64,000 nucleotides of DNA from the human T2T-CHM13v2.0 reference genome, Homo sapiens, in assembly GCF_009914755.1 (NCBI RefSeq), contig NC_060941.1; one strand, 5' to 3'. Shown here piece after piece: positions 56,000 through 64,000 of this stretch. The translations under genes were made by a program, and so were the position numbers. The notes beneath the pieces are model-generated. The model ran no database searches. It was not told the DNA's origin and saw only the letters and a program-made list of their open reading frames with translations. Position 1 is the first letter of the stretch, and each line of letters opens with the position of its first letter.

Positions 56000-56350
56000 C
56001 CCATTTCATTCAATCAACAGCTGGTGAGCGATGCCTCCCAGGGACACACATCTATGACCAGCATTAGTTGGGGGCAGGTGGTTAGACAAGGATGGACCAG
56101 AGATAAGTATCAACCTATAAGTATAAGACCTTATAGGTTGGGAGGGGAGGCATGGCATGCCCTCAAACCATAATTATTTAGGGTAAAAAGTGGTAAATGT
56201 GATCAAAGAGGTGCAAAAATAATATGAGACCTCAGAGAAAGAAGAGTGGGCTCCCCATCAGGAGAGTCAGAGACAAAATCTGAGCGAGTCTTAAAGGCTT
56301 GTGATTGATTTATACAAGAAGTTAGGCAGCGGAAGAGTGGCTCAGGTAGC
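56000..56350 (-). mobile_element. L2 fragment
   Basis: ttcattcaatcaacag...; gagtcttaaagg... L2 in reverse. Confidence 0.5.
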
Positions 56351-56479
56351 AGGGACTAAAGGTACAAAGAGCAGAGGGAGAAGGTGCCTTCTTTCTAGCA
56401 CTGGGGACAGGAGATAAGAGAACCCAGAATCCCCAGGTGAGTTGCTTGGGGCCACCCCCCATGAAGGGCTGGAAGCTGG

Positions 56480-57700
56480 TCGGTGGGGAAGGCTAAGATT
56501 ACAGGTGGGTTGGGAAAGCTCCGAAGGACTCTGAGCAAAGCGAAAAGGCGGGTCCTATGGAATGCGCCCCATTTTCCCGGCTCCTTGGGGACTCCCAGGC
56601 ATTCCTTCTAACAAGAGACATGTTGCCTGCCAGCCAGCAGATGTGGCCCATGAATAAACATCCCTGCAGGGCTGGGGGCTGTGGGGGGGATAATAAATAT
56701 GAAGAAAGTGGTGGCCTGCCCCTCCATGTCCCCCTCCCTTGCTCCCAGGGCAGCAGACACGCTCTCCCAAAGGGGCGGACACAGACGTCCTCACACCGCG
56801 GCCCGACCGGCCGCACATTAATCCGGGTGGATTTGGCCATCTTGTGACATAGCCAATCAGTTCGAGGGAGGGGACGGCAGGAACGCCTCTCCTTTCACGC
56901 CACAAAAGGATTTTCGTCCCTTGAGAGCACAATGAAAAAAAAAAAAAAAAAGCCAATCAAGGCGGGATCAGCTGTGGGCTGGTCGCTGCAGATCTGTCTC
57001 TCCCAGAGGGGGGTGGGGGCACATATTGGTCCGTGTGGGAAACCCAGAGCCTCAGCTTCTCACACATTGTTCTCCTCCTCTTCAACTGCACCCCCTCCCC
57101 ACCAGCCCGGACCCTCCCCTCTCCCCTCCCCAAAGCCGTTATTGCCACAAAAGATACTTTCCCCATTGTGCCCCGGACAGCTGAGAGGTCCGAGTTAGCC
57201 ATACACAGCTCCGCGTCCTCTCCAGGGAGAAAGGGGATGGACCCTGCAAGTGGAGAGCGGGATGCTTATCATACAAAGGAATTAAACCCACTTGGGCTCT
57301 CTCGCCATCCAGGACTGTGGGGGGTTAAATACGGTTACATTTTCATTAGGTGCTAATAGCAGAAGGGCAGCCCCGGGCAGCACGGACCAGACATTGTTAT
57401 GAAGAACGTCCCCGACAAGGGAAGGTCAGGGCAGGTGGGGTGGGAGGTGGGGAGAGGGACATGCCAGCGTCAAAGCCGGGTCCAGGGAAGGGGGGCATGC
57501 CATGGGCGTATTGTTGGCCTGCGAGTTCCGTCAATGGGAAAAGTCATGTTTCCTCCGAAGGAAACAAGTGGAAATTGTCGGGGAGGGGAAGGGCTGGTGG
57601 GTGGCTGGGAAGCAGAGCTCGGCCAGTTGCTACTAAGGCTGCCTTCGAACTGTCCCTCCCCACTGCCAGTTTCTGCAAATGGGCAAGTCTGGTCCTTCTG
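56480..57700. promoter_or_regulatory. GC/CpG-enriched promoter-like element
   Basis: Most CpG-retaining non-Alu segment by eye; GC box (~56772), YY1-type GGCCATCTTG (56836), AGCCAATCAG (56851) and AGCCAATCAA (56951), E2F-type GGCGGGA (56961), G-rich tracts. Confidence 0.55.
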
Positions 57701-57759
57701 GAAGGCAGTTCTGGGGAGGGGCAGTGGAAGGGAACGTTTTAATATCAGGAAGAACCGAT

Positions 57760-57900
57760 GTAAATCCTAGCACTAGGACTCTCACTGCTCCTGTAGCTTG
57801 GGGCATCCGTGGGACTCTAACCCTCAATTTCTTTTTAATGCAAAATAGAGATAAAACCTACCTGTTGGATTCTTCTGAGCTGTCAATGAATGTAAATGGT
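57760..57900 (+). mobile_element. MIR fragment
   Basis: ccctcaatttctttttaatgcaaaatagagataaaacctacc. Confidence 0.55.
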
Positions 57901-59367
57901 CCAAAGAGGTGCTCAAAAAGGAAAAAGTCTTTCTCTTCTCACTAGCCACCTCCACTCCCAACTACCACTAAAAAGAAACTTAAAAAGTCAAAATGAAAGA
58001 ATCCAGCATTTGATACAGTGGGCTAACAGCACGGATGAATCTTTAAAGCTCATCACTTCACTCACGTACAATATTCCAGCCTCCTCTGCATGGGAAGCAA
58101 ACTCCTCTTGTCCTGTCTTTAGTTTCCATCAAAGCTCAGCCCAGAACCTGACATCTGGCTCTGCTGAAATAGTTTCTTGCTGTTATAGATTCAACACTGC
58201 TTTGACTCCAGACAGTCCAGACACTACAGTCTTCCAACCCGGAAAGCTTGGGCATATCTAAATCAACAAGGAAACCCATATCTTCTGTTTTGTTTTGTAA
58301 TCCATGCTTTTATTAGCACATTGTTATAAAAGCATAACCATAGGTAAGACACTGTACGGGACATCCTGAGGATGCACCATGAGGATGCAGACAGGTGCAC
58401 ATGGGAAGACAAGACACCTACAGCACGTGACCATGAACCCAAGGCAGGAGAAGGCTTGTCTGAGCCTTTGCTGTTGTAGGTACATGGCTCTTTCCTTCAT
58501 CAGATAATGAGAATTGGTTCTCCATCATTTCTCATTGCACTAGGGATTCCCGGAAACTCGGAATTCAACTGGGACAGCAAACTAACAAACAGGAGAACTG
58601 CCACCAAAAAAAAAAAAAAAAAAAAAAGGTGGATCAATAACTGACAAATAAAAGATACTAATAATTCTTTCTATATAGTAAATGACAAGAAAGTGCAAGC
58701 ATTGACAGAACAATTCAGCAGATGCAGAATTTGTTTTTCCATTGACATTTCTGTATCCAGTGGGGTCAAGGTGACAACTGTGTCTTCTCCCTACATAGTT
58801 ATGTCACTGCTGGCTACTCTAGCTGGCTCTCTAATACAGACCTCTGCACATAGCGGTCCTAAATCCACAGGGAGGGGAAGCAGTTGCCTCTGATGATGTT
58901 TCAGGCTCCACAATGCTGCTTTTCAACCAGAAAGCCAGTGCCAGGTAGGGCTGATGGTCTTTAGGAGTTCCATAATAAAATACTTCGTGAAAATGAAAAT
59001 GGCTTGATCAACGATGGCGTCTATGGGAGGTCTAGAAAAATGACTTGTCTTCTGGAACCTCTGCCCAGTTTCAGAATCTCTGCATCCACTGCTGAAAAGA
59101 AAAAACAATTCCATTGTGATGTATGTGTCGATGGAGATAAGGTGGGAAGTCATTTCCTTAAACTGGCTGAGAAGGCCTTGCTGGGTGCTAGCAGCAAATT
59201 TGTCTAGCCATAGCAGGGGTTCCCTTCTCTAGTCATTTCTACTTCATAGATAGTAGAGTTTTAGATTTGTAAGTCACCTGAGAAGTAATTTACTCATCTA
59301 GATTGTCCCTGGAATGAGAAAAAAATTAGAAATATTTTTCAGTGCAAATTTATAATTGGGAGTCTGA

Positions 59368-59713
<346 letters not shown>

Positions 59714-60349
59714 TCATATGTGATTCTTGATCTCTTACGGAGAACACCAGGTTCCAAACCAAAGAACTCAGAGGAAACTAAGTACAATGAGAAGGTTTCT
59801 AACTTCAACCAACTATTTTTTTCCCTTTGAGAAGTAGTGAAAATGCCTCACCCAACTGGTTAATAAAATTAGAATTCAAATCTTTCCAGGTGCAATGATA
59901 ACTCCCTTTAGAGGAAACTGCTTCCCTGAAGCCAGCAGTGCCCAGAAATTACAACCGGTTTCAGCAATTAACAGAAGTAAAACATTAAAAAGCATGAGGC
60001 AAAGTACATTTGCATGCTAATAGCCCCTTCTGTAGTGCTGGGAAGCTGTGTTTTACAACAAAGCAGATAACTTTCCCACTATAGCAATATTAACCCTTGG
60101 GTTCTCACTCCAGCTCCTTGCCCCTGATTCTAATGTCTGGAATTTGTCTGGCCATGGTTGGGGAAGACATGGGTTAACTCCACATATCAATCCATCCACT
60201 GTGGCCTAATTCTCCCTCGCTTGGGTAGGGGAAGAAAGAGAAAGAGACTTAAAAGTTTTGAATGTCTTTAGGGATAGCAAGAGGAAAGTGGAAAGACTCA
60301 CCAGGGGGTGAAAAAGAAAGCTTCCCTAGAAAATACACTGGAATGGGCA

Positions 60350-60550
60350 GGGCAGTGCTTGAGCACAAGCTCTGGTGTCAAATGAGACTTGAATTTGAAA
60401 CTGGCAGTGATATTTCCTAGTGCTGTGACCTTGGGCAGGTTACTTAAGTTCTTGGGGCCCCAGTTTGCTTATCTAATAAGGTGGAATGTAGGTTAAATGA
60501 GGCAATGAGGGTAAGACTTCTATATGCCTGGAAACCCTAATGGTTACTGT
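60350..60550 (+). mobile_element. MIR
   Basis: gctgtgaccttgggcaggttacttaag...cagtttgcttatct. Confidence 0.8.
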
Positions 60551-60859
60551 AATGGTTGTTAGAGCAGGTGGTATTTGTGGAGTTCCAGGAGGAACTTTTT
60601 GAAGAACCCTTGAGTACAAGACTATGACAAAGCCCTATGGCTTCACTGGAGATGCAAAGCAATTGTTTTTGCCTCCTGCAGAAAGTTAACCTTGGAATAC
60701 GAGCAGAATATATATATATATATATAGATAGATAGATCCCTTTTATGCTTCCTCAAGGTGGAGGCCACCAACATTTTGGATTCCATTGAAGATGACAGTC
60801 CTTGAGGATATACAGAGATCAGGAGAAAATTTTCCATCTCTATAGGAAGAAGGCAGGAT

Positions 60860-61050
60860 AGCACAGAGCTTAGGCTTTGGAGCTGGGTAAACCTGGTTTT
60901 GAGATCCACTTCCTTTGACACTACCCAACTGTGTTACCTTGGATAAATTTCTTAACCTCTCTGTGCCTCAGTTTCCCATTGTAAAATAAAATGTCATACA
61001 TCTGGGGCAAGAGTACCATGAGTAAGCACTCAACACATGTCAATTACTAA
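60860..61050 (+). mobile_element. MIR
   Basis: cttaacctctctgtgcctcagtttcccattgtaaaat. Confidence 0.85.
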
Positions 61051-61318
61051 GGGATATTCCTTTCTTTAAAACTTCATTTCCCCTTGTCTTTTCCCATGAC
61101 ACAATGAGGAAGCAGTGCCCAAAGTATGTCATGGCTTAGATTTCAAGCCAACTCACTGAAATTAAGTAAAGATGAGGAAAGAAAAGTTTCGGTTTGTACA
61201 CCCATATCCTCAGAGCTCACCACAGCTCTGACGACGGCAAAGAGAGGTTGCCGGAAGGAAACAAAAGTCCATCAAGGGCTGGCAAAATATTAATCCGGAG
61301 CTCACGGATGGGCAGTGA

Positions 61319-61338
61319 TGCGCACCCTCTGATGGCGA
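61319..61338 (-). promoter_or_regulatory. Candidate CTCF motif
   Basis: Minus strand TCGCCATCAGAGGGTGCGCA matches core at 12/14, in a locally CpG-retaining unique segment. Confidence 0.5.
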
Positions 61339-61569
61339 GCATTCCCTTCATGTTCATGCTGCCCGTGGGCTGACAAAAGCCCACCACCCCATTCTTGCAT
61401 TGTGGGCACTCACCCTGACTTGCCGTTCATCCTGTCCTGGGTCTACTTCCTAGCGACTTTCCAAGGCAGGTGTAGGGAGGGGATAGAGAGACAGAGAGTG
61501 GACTGGAAGATCCAGGGGAAGAAAAGGCAGTTCTCCAGCTCTCCCTCTAACAAGGTGCACTTCTGCCCT

Positions 61570-62240
<671 letters not shown>

Positions 62241-62249
62241 CCTCAAGCT

Positions 62250-62580
62250 TTTAACTCCAGACATGTAAGATTGTCCACTACAGAATAATTTGTAATAGCA
62301 AAGACTGGAGGCAACCCTCATAGGAGCCTGGCTAAGTAAACTCTTAACTTAGAATACTATGCATCAGTTAAAAAGAATGAGAAAGATTTCTCTGCGCTAA
62401 TATTGAAAAATCTCCTGAATACATACCAAAAAAAGAAAAAGAAAAAAAAAAAAAGCAAGAGGTAGAACAGTGTTTATAGGGTACTATGGTTTATGTAGAA
62501 AAAGGGAGAAAATAAAAATAATACAAGTAGTGACAACAGGGAACAAGGAGTGACGGAATACTTTCCAAATGGGTAAGATT
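62250..62580 (+). mobile_element. L1ME-type 3' fragment
   Basis: tttgtaatagcaaagactgg...gaatactatgcatcagttaaaaagaatgag. Confidence 0.7.
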
Positions 62581-62594
62581 AAGACTTTTCATAG

Positions 62595-62935
62595 GGCCGG
62601 GTGCAGTGGCTCATGCCTATGATCCCAGCTCTTAGCGAGGCTGAGGCAGGTAGATCGCTTGAGCTCAGGAGTTTGAGACCCACCTGGGCAACATGGCAAA
62701 AACCTGCCTCTACAGAAAGACCAAAAAAAAAAATAAATCAGCCAGTCATAGTGGCATGCATCTGTAGTCCCAGCTACTCGGGAGGTTAAGGTAGGAGGAT
62801 CAACTGAACCCGGATCAACTGAAGCTTCAGTGAGTTGTGATCATGCTTCTGCATTCCAGCCTGGGTGACAGAGCAAGACCCTATCTAAAAAAAAAAAACA
62901 AAAACAAAAAACAAACAAAAAAAACAGAAAAAAAC
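62595..62935 (+). mobile_element. AluJ
   Basis: J-type dimer; internal duplication ggatcaactgaa x2; (CAAAA)-type tail. Confidence 0.92.
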
Positions 62936-62993
62936 TTTCATGATGTCTTTATTCTCAAACATGTAAATTACCTATTTTAAAAATAAAGCTTGT

Positions 62994-63304
<311 letters not shown>

Positions 63305-63409
63305 GCTTGTAAAATGAGCAGCCAGGTTTGAAAACATTGATCTCGGGTAAAGTCAGCAAACTGTAGCCAGGAGCCAAATTCAGCCTATTGCCTGTATTTT
63401 TTTTTAATT

Positions 63410-63950
63410 ACAATTTTAATTTTAGAGCAATTTCAGGTTTTCAAAATTATTTAGAATACAGAATTTTTCTGTATACCCCACACCCTTTTTTTCTTTATTA
63501 ACATCTTGCATTATGGTGGCACATTTGTCACGATGAAGGAACAAATATTGATCAATTATTGTTAACTAAAGACCATACTTTATTCAAATCTCCTCAATTA
63601 TGCCCTAATATCCTTTTTGCATTCCAGGACCTCACCCTGGACACCACACTACATTTAGTCATAGTGAGTCCTTAGCCTCCTCTTGGTTGTGATAACTTCT
63701 CAGAGTGACTTTCTTTGTTTTTGATGACTTTGACAGTTTTGAGGGATACTAGTGGGGCGTTTTGTTGAGGATTCCTCAATTGAGATTTGTTTTGGGTTTT
63801 TTGGTTTTTTTTTTTTTTCTTGATTAGACTGGGATAATGAGCTTTGGGGAGGAAGACCACAGATGGAATGTGCCACTCTCGTGATCATGGTATCTCCCCT
63901 GCCAGGTAAGTATGGAAAGTGCCACTCTCATCACATCAAGAGTCCATGCT
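63410..63950 (-). mobile_element. L1MC-type 3' fragment (host of the U1 insertion)
   Basis: attattgttaactaaag...gatgactttgacagttttgagg...ggggaggaagaccacaga...gtgccactctcatcacatca. Confidence 0.75.
63879..63913 (-). pseudogene. 3'-truncated (tailless) U1 snRNA retropseudogene, U1 nt 1-35
   Basis: Minus strand reads ATACTTACCTGGCAGGGGAGATACCATGATCACGA, identical to the 5' 35 nt of human U1 snRNA as I recall it; flanked by direct repeats ggaa(t/a)gtgccactctc (63865-63880 and 63914-63929). Confidence 0.95.
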
Positions 63951-63953
63951 GTT

Positions 63954-64000
63954 GGCCAGGTGTGGTGGCTCACGCCTGTAATCCCATCACTTTGGGAAGC
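63954..64000 (+). mobile_element. Alu 5' end (runs off the window)
   Basis: ggccaggtgtggtggctcacgcctgtaatccc. Confidence 0.95.

Noticed and set aside
56385-56442. 38-nt cassette exon (TTTCTAG...CAG|GTGAGT)
   Set aside because: Good donor, but the pyrimidine tract is short with AG-rich upstream sequence; too weak to call without RNA data

Overview
Primate (human-like) nuclear DNA, almost entirely non-coding and most likely a long intron or intergenic interval. I could not identify the locus or host gene from sequence alone. It contains about 28 Alu/Alu-monomer copies (J, S and Y types, many with visible target-site duplications, TSDs), two sizeable antisense L1 3' fragments plus older L1M pieces, many MIR and L2 relics, a THE1 solo LTR, MLT1 LTRs, Tigger3/MER5/MER81-94-type DNA-transposon fossils, and several simple repeats. 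These include a ~1 kb phase-preserved (GGT/GAT) triplet array and a compound (TAGA)19...(TAGA)14 STR. None of the supplied ORFs looks like a real gene: they are Alu-, L1- or simple-repeat-derived, or chance. There are no CRISPR arrays, rRNA or tRNA genes, and I cannot support a claim of a wholly new biological system. The most distinctive observations are: (i) an exact 35-nt 5' fragment of U1 snRNA retro-inserted with a TSD at 63879-63913, which creates a perfect 5' splice site directly behind a pyrimidine-rich AG on the + strand; (ii) a candidate 8-nt GC-donor microexon at 5239-5246; (iii) a candidate TATA-driven alternative first coding exon at ~9625-9736; (iv) a CCAAT/YY1/GC-box promoter-like island at 56.5-57.7 kb; and (v) several motif-dense putative enhancers, CTCF-like sites and short perfect hairpins. 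Repeat boundaries and subfamily calls were made by eye and are approximate.
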